Part shown: positions 13,738 through 24,898 of the stretch, piece after piece
Numbering within the stretch: the first letter of the stretch is position 1
Layout of the letters: each line of letters opens with the position of its first letter
NCBI RefSeq assembly: GCF_039555335.1
Contig: NC_092646.1
Coordinates: 58,074,946 to 58,138,945 of the forward strand
Length of the DNA stretch: 64,000 nucleotides
Source: Amphiura filiformis
Taxonomy: Eukaryota
Direction: 5' to 3'
Made by a program: the position numbers and the translations under genes
Notes under the pieces: model-generated
Told to the model about the DNA's origin: nothing
What the model saw: the letters and a program-made list of their open reading frames with translations, nothing else
Databases searched by the model: none

Positions 13738-13943
13738 CCTTTCATTTCTTTGTCTATCTTGACTGTCTTCAGGTCTGTTTGAGTAACCTCTGATAGCGCT
13801 GTATCTTTCTTCCAAGGAGCAACACTGCCTGGTAGACCAAATACAATTGTATCTCCATCTACAGATAACTCTGCCATGTAAACTATCTTGATCACTACAG
13901 TTGTCATTGGGGGAAGGTTTCCTACACTCACTGTGAACACATC
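13738..13943 (-). CDS. PARP4: PARP4-like exon: central VIT domain (DVFTVSVGNLPPMTTVVIKIVYMAELSVDGDTIVFGLPGSVAPWKKDTALSEVTQTDLKTVKIDKEMK)
   Basis: Acceptor ttgcag|GATGTG and donor GG|gtaagc. The phases match both neighbouring exons. Confidence 0.85.
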
Positions 13944-13949
13944 CTGCAA

Positions 13950-14013
13950 GGAGATACAATACAGTTTTCTTTAGGGGAAGGTTACTTACACTCACTGTGT
14001 ACACATCCTGCAT
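13950..14013. repeat. Local duplicate of about 65 bp of the acceptor and first codons of the exon at 13738-13943
   Basis: ggaaggttacttacactcactgtgtacacatcctgcatag closely matches ggaaggtttcctacactcactgtgaacacatcctgcaag. Confidence 0.6.
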
Positions 14014-15027
14014 AGAGAAACAATTTCTGTGACTACCTCTGCGCTACATCCTTCACTGCACAAGATCCCCATTAGGCCCCCTTAATTAAATTTTGTGTCT
14101 CAAAGCTTGTCAGAAATTGGAAACCTAATGCGGAACACAATTTGTTTCTTCATCTATTTTTTATGTGTCAGTATAGGCTTTGGTACAAGCATTATGTCTG
14201 TTCCAAATATTTGAATAGTAGTCAAATAAAGTCACTGCTACAAAATAACCACATGAAAATACAGAATGATAATCTAAAACTTGAAATCAAATAGGAATTT
14301 TGGATTTTTATATTCACCTTTTGTTAAAAAAAGACAAAAAAATATGAATTTCTTGATTTTCAAAGAAGATTTTACTAACACGGTGCAGCAGCTTTGAGAC
14401 AGAGGTTTTTATTATCAGTGGTCTTAGACCTATAATAGGGTGGGATAAATACTAGGAAATTTACACAGCCCAAATAAAGGAATCCCTTCTCCTCAGGGGA
14501 TAAACAAGTAATCAAAAACAAAAGTAATCAAATGTCTGTGGCTATTATAGTGTATACGCTGATTTTCGCTGTGGTTTTATTTTCACAAATTTCGCAGATT
14601 AATATGTGCCCGCTAAAATAACAACCCGCGAGTATGTTAAAATGAAGAAATTTCTTATGTATATTATTATATAAGTTGCCAACAACCGTGAATTTAACAC
14701 CTCGTGAAATTGTCAGTGATACTTGAAACCGCAAAAATATCTGTAGCCGAAAATATTGGCCTATACACAGTACAGTAGTTGATGTACACACCCCACCCAC
14801 ACACTATTCAATCTGTTAGACAATTTAAAATGGAAACCTTTCATTTTACATGACAAGAGGCACACTTCACTTAATGATATCATATCGGTCCCTTGCCGGT
14901 GGTGCACGGAAACGAACAAAAACAATTCTGCATCTCATCTGAAGCACAATAGCCATCGTGTGCAGGACGTGTGAAATGCATCTCTCAAATGCTTCTAGTA
15001 TGCAATTTTGCACTCATATGACAAAGA

Positions 15028-15400
15028 TTGTGTCAAGTGCTTTCCAAAGTAAACCAAAATATACCCCCATGGGCTATACCAATTAAAATCCACACTACCC
15101 CTACAAGATTTTGGAATATCTTACACAGGGGGTTGGAAATATCTTCCATAGGGGGAGTACAAATTTCAAATGTTATTAGTGGCATTAACCTCTGTTTGAA
15201 CCTCACCTTCCCTCTGTGCAAGATTCATGTTCAATCTTTCTCGGAGGGTATATGAAATTCAAATGGAGCTGCTTAATGTATTTATTCCATTTGAAAGTCA
15301 TACTCCCCCTGTGGGAGATACATGTATTTCCAAAATCTTCCACAGGGGTAATGTGGATTTTAAATGGACGAGCCCAATTTGTGCTCCATACGTATATCAA
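15028..15400. repeat. Cluster of truncated MITE-A fragments in both orientations
   Basis: Several ccatacacccc..gggagtgtagatttcaaatgg motifs. The six-frame track translates these as the recurring (H)TP..ED and FKWN peptides. Confidence 0.6.
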
Positions 15401-15456
15401 GATGGCGGTTGAGTCTGTGTTACCTGGTTTTAATTGTGTGGTATTCCCCTACTTAC

Positions 15457-15675
15457 TGGTGTTTCTTCATCCATAAGATAAGCTCCATGTCCCTTGCTGA
15501 TTGCTTCTTTGTATTCCTTGTGGGCTGTTTCTTTGTCTTTCACTTCCCCTATGATATGCTTGTCATTAATGAAGGCTTCAAATCCACACACTGCTGCCAT
15601 ATCATCCAGGGGGAACACATACTTAGCTTCTATCGGGTCATTGTTTTCATTGGTGTACACTTGGAAGACTACAAC
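15457..15675 (-). CDS. PARP4: PARP4-like exon: start of the VIT domain (VVVFQVYTNENNDPIEAKYVFPLDDMAAVCGFEAFINDKHIIGEVKDKETAHKEYKEAISKGHGAYLMDEETP)
   Basis: Acceptor cgttag|GTTGTAG and donor CCA|gtaagt. The VIT signature YVFPLDD..AAV.GFEAFIN is present. Confidence 0.9.
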
Positions 15676-15780
15676 CTAACGATGAAACAAACAATAATTA
15701 ATGAAAGGAAGAAAGGGATAAAATTAAAGGAAGAAGAGAATGTGAAAGAGCAGGAAGAAGATGTGAAATGAGATGAAAGG

Positions 15781-15963
15781 ACTAATGGGCTATTCCAGTT
15801 GAAATCCATACACCCCCTGTGGGAGACATCATAAACTCCCACACAGGGGGTGTAGATTTCAAATGGAATCCCCCATTCAGGTAACCCTATTAAAATTCAC
15901 ACTCCCCAACTGGAAGATTAAGGTCATAGTCTTCCATAGGGGGTGTATGGATTTCAACTGAAA
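15781..15963. mobile_element. MITE family A, full palindromic copy of about 185 bp
   Basis: TIR gggctattccagttgaaatccatacaccccc and its inverted counterpart gggggtgtatggatttcaactgaaatatccca. Confidence 0.8.
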
Positions 15964-17129
15964 TATCCCATAAGCAGTGTTGCCAAAACTTTTCAGCGTC
16001 AAGGCGCGGCGCATTGACTCGCCAGGCCGCGGTAAAGGAATCTCAAGTAGCCCAATTTTTTAAGCTTCCAAAAAAGCGCCCAATACCGGATATTTGGGCA
16101 GATTTACCCGAAGTTAGAACGCAAAACACCCAATTGGGTGGACAAGCACTTGACTTTTAAACTTCCGGTAATTACTAGGAAGTTACTGACCGATCAATAA
16201 CTTGTCACAAAACCCATTGTAATTGCAATTTGGAGCTTTAGAGACTCAAAACCTTTATAAATCGGCTAAACTGAAAGGAAAATACATCAAATTAGTGCCG
16301 CGGCCTGACACTGGCAAAAGTAGCCCAATTTTAGGCAAGTAGCAGCATGCTTTTTTGAGTAGCGGCAAGTGATCGCCAAGTAGCCCAATTGTGCGCCTAA
16401 GGACAGTTTTTGCAGTTTTGGGACACTTTGCCCTCTGACCTATTGGGAAAATTCAGAAAAATTGGTTTTTGTGTTTACAAAATATAATCTAAAATGTTTT
16501 ACAAGAATAAAATCAAACCCAAAAAATATTATTATTAAATAAATTAATTATTTAAATATTTTTAATGATATCATTATGAAAATAATAAATTAATTAATAC
16601 TAATTACAGCAATTTCTCGATATGTCAGAGGTCAAAGTGTCCCAAAACTGCTCTCAAAAACTGGAAGTTATAATGGCGATTGGGCTTATTGCTGGGTCAG
16701 TCAAGGAATGAATATCATTCAGTAATATTAAAATTAGAGATAATACTTTCATGTTAATGCTCTGTATGCCATAGACTTCAACGTAAAAATTCCCAGTTTT
16801 GAGATATTTTCTCAAAATATCAAGAGCTATCTTAAGAACCATAGATTTCAAAGTAAAAATTCCCAGGCATGACAATATACAATTCTTAAATTTTGAATTT
16901 TTAAATTTAAACAATTTTTGGAGTCGACACTCGCCATGAGAGAATTAAATAGAATTTATCAGCTTAATTTTGACACATAACATTTCAAAATTGATCAACG
17001 ATTTGATAACTGAAAATAAGTCATAAATTCTTTTTCTTTTTGTTCCTTATTTTGTCATGTATTATTTTTTCCATATCTTGAAAATCAGTGGGCTGCAAAA
17101 AAATTAAAGTACACCCATTTGATGTGATT

Positions 17130-17755
17130 GGTTACATACACTAAGCCAAAAAAGAAACTTATAATTTTTCACAAGGTCATATCTTAAAATCCTCTCCATA
17201 AAAATGAACAAAAATTGCACACAGGATTACTTCAATACTCTACTCTAAACACTGGTCAGTAACCAAACAGTTGTCCAACTGACACAACAGCAAAATACAC
17301 TGACATGCAACACCTTCCTGGACCACATTCACAGCGCAACAGATTTCTTTGGCTGGGTTCCAACAATTTTTAAGCCTGTACATGAACAAAAATTACACAC
17401 AGGATTACTTCAATACTCTATTCTAAACACATGTCAGTAACCAAGCAGTTGTCCAACTGTCACAACAGTAAAATACACTGACACGGAACAGCTTCCAGGA
17501 TCACATTCACAGGCGAATAATTGGAACCCAGCCAAAGAAATCTGTTGCGCTGTGAATGTGGTCCAGGAAGGTGTTCGTGTCAGTGCATTTTACTGTTGTG
17601 TCAGTTGGACAACTGCATAGTTAGTGACATGTGTTTAGAGTAGAGTATTGAGGCAATCCTGTGTGTAATTTTGGTTAATTTTGATAGACAGGATTTTAAG
17701 ATATGACCTTGTGAAAAATTATAAGTTTCTTTTTTGGCTTAGTGTGTTAATGAAT
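17130..17755. repeat. Foldback structure built from units of about 190 bp (two direct copies, then one inverted copy) with inverted flanks
   Basis: 17190-17345 is similar to 17375-17520. 17520-17680 is the reverse complement. The flanks ctaagccaaaaaagaaacttataatttttcacaaggtcatatcttaaaatc (17140) and gattttaagatatgaccttgtgaaaaattataagtttcttttttggcttag (17695) are inverted. The same unit recurs at 57150-57360. Confidence 0.7.
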
Positions 17756-17756
17756 G

Positions 17757-17942
17757 GCCTACTCCATTTGAAATCTATACACCCCTTTTGAAGACATACC
17801 TTAATCTTCAACACAGGGAGTCTGAATTTCCATTGGGCTTACGCGAATGGGTGACTCCATTTGAAATCTATCCTCCCTGTGTGGGAGATTACTGTCACGT
17901 CTTCCACAGAGGGTGTATGGATTTCAACTTGAATAGCCCAAT
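17757..17942. mobile_element. MITE family A copy; abuts the 135-bp tandem array
   Basis: ggcctactccatttgaaatctatacaccc ... gggtgtatggatttcaacttgaatagccca. Confidence 0.7.
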
Positions 17943-17949
17943 AACTCAC

Positions 17950-18485
17950 CTCTGCAGCCAAGTCCAGTAACTTAGCCCTGACATGGACAGCTTTCAGTGG
18001 TACTGGTTGGTCACTATTAGACAATAGACCAGCTTGGACTTTGGACAGTGGATCAGTAATGGACTGCACATCATTGATACTTACCTCTGCAGCCAAGTCC
18101 AGTAATTTAGCCCTGACATGGACAGCTTTCAGTGGTACTGGTTGGTCACTATTAGACAATAGACCAGCTTGGACTTTGGACAGTGGGTCAGTAATGGACT
18201 GCACATCATTGATACTTACCTCTGCAGCCAAGTCCAGTAACTTAGCCCTGACATGGACAGCTTTCAGTGGTACTGGTTGGTCACTATTAGACAATAGACC
18301 AGCTTGGACTTTGGACAGTGGATCAGTAATGGACTGCACATCATTGATACTTACCTCTGCAGCCAAGTCCAGTAATTTAGCCCTGACATGGACAGCTTTC
18401 AGTGGCACTGGTTGATCACTATTAGACAATAGACCAGCTTGGACTTTGGACAGTGGGTCAGTAATGGACTGCACATCATTCAGAT
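17950..18485 (-). repeat. PARP4: In-frame tandem array: 135-bp unit x about 4.7, made of the PARP4-like linker exon plus its GTAAGT donor; A and B variants alternate
   Basis: Period is 135 bp exactly (ctttcagtgg at 17991, 18126, 18261). The minus-strand ORF is open across all copies and reads (QSITDPLSKVQAGLLSNSDQPVPLKAVHVRAKLLDLAAEVSINDV)n. Each copy contains GCAGAG|GTAAGT; the last copy has GCAGAG|GTGAGT. Confidence 0.85.
18355..18485 (-). CDS. PARP4: PARP4-like linker exon (minimal, single-copy form): D-LNDVQSITDPLSKVQAGLLSNSDQPVPLKAVHVRAKLLDLAAE, ending at the first GTAAGT donor
   Basis: Acceptor aaatttcag|AT. Phase 1 pairs with the exon at 22558-22729, which ends in phase 1. The donor is in phase 0 and pairs with the acceptor at 15675. 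Donors at 18220, 18085 and 17950 are equally in-frame alternatives. Confidence 0.6.
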
Positions 18486-18540
18486 CTGAAATTTAATGTG
18501 GTTGAGATGTGTTACATTATTGTATGACTTTGACTGGAAA

Positions 18541-18640
18541 TTACACAGGGGGGTGTAGATTTCAAATGGAGTCACCTGTTCTGGTAAAATTCACACCCCC
18601 TGTGTAAGAGGGGGTAACTGGAAACTGTAGGATTTGAACT
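18541..18640. mobile_element. MITE family A internal fragment
   Basis: ggggtgtagatttcaaatggagtcacc...ttcacaccccctgtgt. Confidence 0.5.
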
Positions 18641-19397
18641 GGAACAGGCCCTTCGTAGCCTGGCGTACATGTAGGATGTGGTACCGTCGTACATGTAGGA
18701 TGTGGTACTAGTGCACGTCAAAAACCTGGGAATTTTCTAATTTTGGAGCTTTAACTCATATTTCGATCTTCATCATTTATGCCGCCGAAACGCTCAAGGT
18801 CTCTTATAAGTTCATCTGATACATTACCAGAACTATCTAGGACTGATGAATTGCTCAAATTTGATCAAGTCACCATGTGATCACCACCAAATTCACCCAG
18901 CCACGTACCTAATGTGGTAGATACGCTACAACAGGCACATGCAGTTTACAAAGTGATGGTCAATTGCTGGACACGCCGCTGGTCATCTTGGTATGCACTA
19001 CGACTTGAAGCATATGACAGACATCTTGCTTAAATTAGACAACATTCTTATTCAATGGGTGCGTCTTGTAAAGAATTCACGTAATTTGATTGGTTTTCTA
19101 GTGTATAATATCTCACAATAGTTGATAGTGATATTAGTCAGGCGTGCGCCGCCCGCGCAATGCGGCATGCACGCTTGTTGCTCCTCAATGATCGTAGCGA
19201 TAATGCGTTTGCGTAATACGTGCGAGAACTAAAACGCGATTCGGCGGCTTAGATGTTCGTGATGCTTTCCTTCATTTAAAACAACGGGGATGTCCTCAGA
19301 AAAGTAACTTTATTTTTTTCTGAAAAAGGCAGTTTTTCTCTTTGCCTATCCAATATCGTGTCATAATGGATGGGCTGGGGAATATTTTTATCGTAGT

Positions 19398-20110
19398 GTG
19401 CGCCGGCATCCACTACTCAAAATATTGGCCAGCCAATCCATTATGACACGATATTGGATAGGCAAAAGACAAAATCCTATCATTTATTCCCTAAAGGTCA
19501 CAACTGGATTTATCATGATCGAGACTCAATTGGGTTCCCTCCAGGCTGCTTCATTGAAACAAGTGACTGAAGATGCAAATTATCTAAAATCAGCAGTTAA
19601 AATCTTGGAGGGAGATTTAAATCAAGTCAAGCAAAGCGTGATTCCAAATCTCAAAATGGAACTGAAAGGAAAAATAAAAGCACTTGAACAGAGTTGACTA
19701 GAAGCCAAACTTTATAGCAAGAAATCCAACTTGCTTTTCTTTGACATTCCCTCATGTTGGAGAAAACTTGCGTAGTCAACTAGAAGCCGCAATGCCATAT
19801 ACAAAAAAACATCATCTTCATGAATGTACATCGATTACCGACCAAGTCTACCATAGCTGACAAGCCCAAGCCGATTATTGCAAAATTTTTGTGCATGGTA
19901 GACAGAAACAGGGTGATAAACTTCAAACCAGAAAAATCAGGAAAGAAACTAAGCATTGCTCCACATTTACCACCGTCCATGCAGGCTGAACGTCAGAGAC
20001 TTATTGCTATCAGGAACCAACTCATCGCAGATAGAAGACCAGCCAAGATTAAGGTGACCGGTACAAAAGTGCATATTGTGGTAAATAGTGCCATCTACAC
20101 AGAATAGATT
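19398..20110 (+). pseudogene. Degenerate non-LTR retrotransposon ORF1 (L1-ORF1/Transposase_22-like) with a coiled-coil region and an RNA-binding C-terminus, broken by stop codons
   Basis: ORF1-type motifs: a coiled-coil (LKSAVKILEGDLNQVKQSV..LKGKIKALEQ), then ..SKKSNLLFFDIPS.., then HRLPTK...KPKPIIAKFL...NFKPE...LSIAPHLPPSMQAERQRLIAIRNQL. It lies inside a PARP4-like intron. Confidence 0.55.
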
Positions 20111-20257
20111 AGTAGGTTCAAATTTGTTGCCAAGCCCATCGTATTTCAATACTGACCTCGCCAGTAATACCATCAGAAGACAAGGTCCTCTTTTATAGAG
20201 CCAAATCCCAAAACATATCTGTGATTTAACATCAATCAGTTCTTTCAAAACCCAGTA

Positions 20258-20655
20258 TAATAATAATAATAAATTTTGGATTTATATTAAAAGCGCCTTT
20301 CTCCAGATCTTAGAGGACTTAAAGCGCTGTAATTTCGCTGCAATGGTGAATCATCACAATCAGATCGCATCAACTAGGCCAGTTGCTGCGCACACCTATC
20401 CGCATTTAGATTGTAACATCCACCAATTATCTGTGCAGCTCCCCAAATTCCATTGGGTGAAGGAAGTTTTTGATAACCAAACAAGTAATCACCAATTTTT
20501 GCGATACAGGAGGAAACCGGAGATCCCGGAGAAAACCTGCGATAGCGAGCATGGAATCGGGATAAACCAAGTGCACATGAGTCCTTTGGCTGCGCCGGGG
20601 CTTGAACCCGGGACCTCAGTGGTGCAAGGCGAGGGAACTACCGCTGCGCCAACTC
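20258..20655 (-). mobile_element. tRNA-derived SINE with a Deu-domain-like core and an (ATT)n tail
   Basis: On the minus strand it starts ggagttggcgcagcggtagtt...ggtcccgggttcaagccccggc, which is a tRNA head. It continues ttctccgggatctccggtttcctcc and ends gcgctttaagtcctctaagatctggagaaaggcgctttt + (att)5. Confidence 0.65.
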
Positions 20656-21289
20656 CAAATAAAGCTCAATTAATTTCACTCTATAGATAAAATTCCCCCA
20701 TGCACCTTTTATTGCATACCATGTAATTCATCATCATTTTACCCAATTACTTGATTCATGTCTTGATTACAGAATGCATTTGAATTGTATTTTGAAATCC
20801 TGCCTGTTGCCAACATGAATGCCATTCACTTGTCTCGTTTTGTCTTGTCTTCACATCAAAGTCTTGTCTTTCTCTGTGTCCTTGTCTTTGCACTTATACT
20901 ATATTTAATATTATTATTAAGGGGTGGGGTATGAACGTTTGGACAGTATTTATTGTGGGACATTCATAACCTCATTAATATACGCTGTGAAGCCTGTGAC
21001 TCACAATGACTTGGACGGCGCAACAATGACTTCTCTTGCTGCAGCAGTATAAGTTTCAGCGTTATGGCAGCGCACACGCCTACGCGATGCCGTCGCGCTT
21101 CTGTGATTGGTAGCTCTTGTTGTCGGCGCGAATGTTATATTCGCCTGGTTGATTTTTTTGTAGGGTATGTTACAACAATGATTAAAACTGGTTATATTTA
21201 ACAGCGTTACGTTTTATGGCATAAAATAACATAAAATGCCATTTTGATTTGTTCAAAGTATTAGATACGACGGTAATGAATGACAATAA

Positions 21290-21412
21290 TAACTTTGCAC
21301 CATCTATTTTGAGGTCATTGTGTGAAATTGTCGGGTTTTGTTTTGGGCCTCGGTATTTTAAAAATACCTCAGCCCAAAACAAAAACCTCCGATTTCACAC
21401 AATGACCTCAAA
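21290..21412. repeat. Perfect long hairpin with stem of about 55 bp
   Basis: ccatctattttgaggtcattgtgtgaaat..gggcctcggtatttta | aaaatacctcagccc..atttcacacaatgacctcaaaatagatgg. Confidence 0.85.
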
Positions 21413-22557
21413 ATAGATGGTGCACAGTTATTATTGTCTAATTAGAGCACATCAGACATATCGAATTGCATTCTGAAAGCGAAGAATGTCCTTCTGATAT
21501 CAAATAATTTTGATTTTTTGAAATTACGCAATGTAATACACATTTTATGGCAAATCATTAAAAATTGATATTTTTGATATTTAACAGTACTCGAATTAAA
21601 ATTTATAAATCTGATGATTTATACTTAAAGTGTATGTAGGTGGGATGAAAAGCTGACGATCCATTGAAAATTTTGACCTTACTGATTGAATTTATGGATT
21701 TTGTCCCAAAACACCAAAAAAAATTAGGTCTTTTTGGGAAAAAAATCCATATCTTCAATATAAAAGGTCAAAAGCATGCACAGAACAAGATTCAAATACC
21801 ACGCCGAATTGTTGTAATTGGTTGACGGCAGGTCCCGTACGCAGGGGGGGTGCGGGGGGTGCGACCGCACCTCCCCAAATTTGCAAAAGTATACAAAAAG
21901 TCCCAAAATTTAAATCAGTTTTTTTACGGATTTTTGATCAAAAAAGTTCCAAATTTGGGGGAAAAGTCCACTTTTCACAAAATCGCCCCCCCCCTTTGGG
22001 ATAAAGTCCACTTAAAAAAAAACAGAACCCCCCAAAAAGAACCCCGCGTACGGCCATGGTTGACGGACAGCTGGGATCACTGAGTTAATACACTAAGAAT
22101 AAATATGCCAATTAGAAACACTGTCTGCATTTTATGAACTGAATTATATTTTTCATTTTTATAAAATGTTTTTGGTGAGGAGTATAATTAATTTACTATT
22201 CATCCATTCACTATCCAAAATCACAATACCTACAAATCTGTATAATGAGACCGTCCAAAATAGTGGTACCCAACTTCTACCGGATTATTTTTTAAGTGTT
22301 GAGAAAAACCTTCCAATTTCAATAGAATTTCTGGTAAACTCTCACTCAATGCTTTGGAAACACAAAAATCCCGTTAGGTCTCAGCGAATGTTAACACTTT
22401 TCTTTCATGACTTTCTTTGAAAGTGGATATTTTTTCAAATAAGTAACAAAAACTGGGTGTCTAAGTTAATTGGACAGACAATAGGTTATTTTTTGTTAAG
22501 AAATATGTTATTAATTCTCATGATATCAAATGGTACCCCTTTTCAAAAGTGTCTTAC

Positions 22558-22729
22558 CAACATAGTCTCCTGATATCATCTCAATGTCCGAGTCATCTTG
22601 ATCCAAAATGGCTGCCGTCTCCATGGAAACATGGCCATTGAGGTTTTTAGGTTTGTCTTCTGGCAATGTGAATTCTACAAGATAGCGTATGCGCTGTTGA
22701 GTTGTATCATATATTGCAAATTCATCATC
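22558..22729 (-). CDS. PARP4: PARP4-like exon: C-terminal end of the PARP catalytic domain plus linker (DDEFAIYDTTQQRIRYLVEFTLPEDKPKNLNGHVSMETAAILDQDDSDIEMISGDYV)
   Basis: Acceptor ttttag|GATGAT and donor GTTG|gtaagac. The motif E-F-x-I/V-Y-D...Y-L-V-E/K-F is typical of the last beta-strands of PARP catalytic domains. Confidence 0.8.
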
Positions 22730-22889
22730 CTAAAAATAAAATGAAACACATCAATATTATTTGCAGTGATATTTCATAACTTTTTTTTACTATCAATTTA
22801 CGATGTCAAAATTATTCTCCTGACAAGACGCTCATGTAATTCATAGTGTCTGTGCTCAATACATAACACAAAAAAGATATGGTGGAAAG

Positions 22890-23083
22890 TTGACTTTTCT
22901 AGTTGAAATCCATACACCCCCTATGGAAGACATGACTTCAATCGCCCACACAGGGGGTATATATTTCAAATGGAGTTGCCCATTCAGGTAACCCAATTTG
23001 AAATTCACACAACCTGTCTGGACCATCAAAGCTCATGTCGTCCATATGGGGTATATGGATTTCAACTGGAATAGCCCATTGCA
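22890..23083. mobile_element. MITE family A full copy
   Basis: agttgaaatccatacaccccctatggaagacatgac ... ggggtatatggatttcaactggaatagccca. Confidence 0.8.
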
Positions 23084-23713
23084 TCATTCAATTTTAGTTC
23101 TACAAAGAAATACTAAACACAACAGGTCTTTACCATGGTTATCTTGTCAGACCCAAAAAAGCATTTTCTTACAAACTGAAGCATAGATATCTGTTTTTTG
23201 ACTTCATGATCCTTCCAGACCTTCAGTCACTTCCTTAAGGTACTTGTTGACATATCTAAATTACCTAAAATCTGAAGCATACAGCTCTGTTCCCTTGACT
23301 CCATGGACACTATAACATCCTTGCAGAGCTCTGTTAGTTCCTTGAGGTACTTTTTAACATCTTTACATTTCCTTATCTTGGAATCTGAAGCACACATGCA
23401 GCTCTATCTACTCCTTTGATTCCATGCACATTTGGACTATGACATCCTTTTGGAACTTAGTTCTGTAAGTTCCCGAAAAGTACTTATTGACATCTGGACA
23501 TTTTCTTTACCTCAACATCTGAATCATACATTATAATATCCTGATGGAGTTTCTGTCAGTGCCTTTACTATAGTACTTCTTAATATCTGGACACTGTCCG
23601 TAAATCAAAATCTGCAGCATACACCTCTATTCCTTTGGCTCCCACTATGATATCCTGATGGAACTTTTCTTAGTTCCTTAAGGTACTTTTTGGCAACTAT
23701 ACATTGTCCTTAC

Positions 23714-23897
23714 CTTAAAATCTGAGGCATACAATTCTGTTCCTTTGACTCCATGAACACTATGATATCCTTGTGGGGCTTCTGACAGTTCCTTGTGGTA
23801 CTTATTGACATCTTGGCATTTTCCAAGTGCTACTTCATTGATGGTCATCAGTCTTGTACCAGTTGTCTGACTTGCTGCAGAATATTTGGCACTTGTG
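23714..23897 (-). CDS. PARP4: PARP4-like exon: PARP catalytic domain (TSAKYSAASQTTGTRLMTINEVALGKCQDVNKYHKELSEAPQGYHSVHGVKGTELYASDFK)
   Basis: Acceptor cttcacag|C and donor AAG|gtaagg. The E-V-A-L-G motif and the ..G-Y-x-S-V-x-G.. motif of PARP catalytic domains are present. Confidence 0.85.
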
Positions 23898-24198
23898 CTG
23901 TGAAGTGTTTGGAAACAATTCAAAAGCTTACATGACAAGAAGACTTCTACATAAGTATATTATAGTGAGCTAGAAATGAGCACCTTTACTTTACAAAGAG
24001 TTTGGTTATGTCAGGGTCTGACTGAGGTTTCTGTTTTCTACTGGTCCTCCGGGCCAGTGGGATTGTAAAGCTACTGGCCCAACAATAAATGTACTAGCCC
24101 AGCTCTCTCAATATTTTCTGCTGCAAAATCAAGCAAATTTAGTGACAAATTTACCATTCCCAGAAATGTCCAGTGTGATGTGTTTGCAAATCCCGTCT

Positions 24199-24365
24199 TT
24201 AGGGCTGTGCAATAATTATGAGCCCCCAGGGGTAAAATTTCCAAACAGCATGCCAAAAATTGTTCTAGAGACCCCAATTGAATTCTTATATATGACAATT
24301 ACTGAGCTTTTGATACTAATTGGGCTATTCCAGTTGAAACCCATACACCCCATATGGAAGACCTG
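24199..24365. mobile_element. Adjacent solo termini of MITE family B (24199-24260) and MITE family A (24318-24362)
   Basis: gggctgtgcaataattatgagccccc...aaaatttccaaac and gggctattccagttgaaacccatacacccc. Confidence 0.5.
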
Positions 24366-24799
24366 GAGGGGGAGGGGGTATTCAAATAATTTTTGGTTGG
24401 TAAGTGCTGCCCATATTTCAAATATGCAGGCTCTGAACCAGAGTTTTGGGATATAAAATGGGGTCTCTGGAACTAAAAATGGGTGGTTTTTTTCTGTGCC
24501 CTTTTGGCAAACATTTCCAAACATTTGTCAGACATTAGTGCTTGGAGTTCAAATTTGAAGCTAATATTAGCTTTTTAGATTTATTTGGAGGAAATTTAGC
24601 TAAAAGGCTCTAGAAACTCTGGGGGTCTCCGGAACGAAAAAAAATCAATGGCGGTCTATGAAATGCAAAAATCTTTATAAAAGGGGGTCTTTTGTGCAGC
24701 ACTTACCCGTAGTGCAAGGCGTATGGAGTACCCCCCCCCCCCCGGCCTCCTTCCCTTTTTCCCGCCTCTTCTCCCTGTTTCATTTTCTTTTTTCCTTAC

Positions 24800-24898
24800 C
24801 TAGAACTGTTAGCAAAGTATATAGCACTCCCTAGCATACCAGCGTCAGTTCTCTCTCCTCCAAAATCATCTACCACAATCTTAGGTAGAAGTAAACCC
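24800..24898 (-). CDS. PARP4: PARP4-like exon: PARP catalytic domain (GLLLPKIVVDDFGGERTDAGMLGSAIYFANSS)
   Basis: Acceptor ctgtag|G and donor AG|gtaagg. The G-x-x-x-Y-F-A motif of the NAD-binding fold is present. The phases (2 in, 2 out) complete R and S codons shared with the neighbouring exons. Confidence 0.8.

Noticed and set aside
15364-15771. Plus-strand ORF of 135 aa
   Set aside because: It is antisense to the VIT exon at 15457-15675. It is low-complexity, cysteine- and phenylalanine-rich, with no domain. It is open only because the opposite strand is coding.
18041-18415. Plus-strand ORF of 124 aa with 45-aa periodicity
   Set aside because: It is antisense to the 135-bp exon array. It is open only because of the repeat.
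24071-24298. Minus-strand ORF considered as an additional PARP catalytic exon
   Set aside because: It has no PARP motif. It overlaps MITE-B and MITE-A termini. The exons at 24800-24898 and 23714-23897 already join with matching phases and sense.
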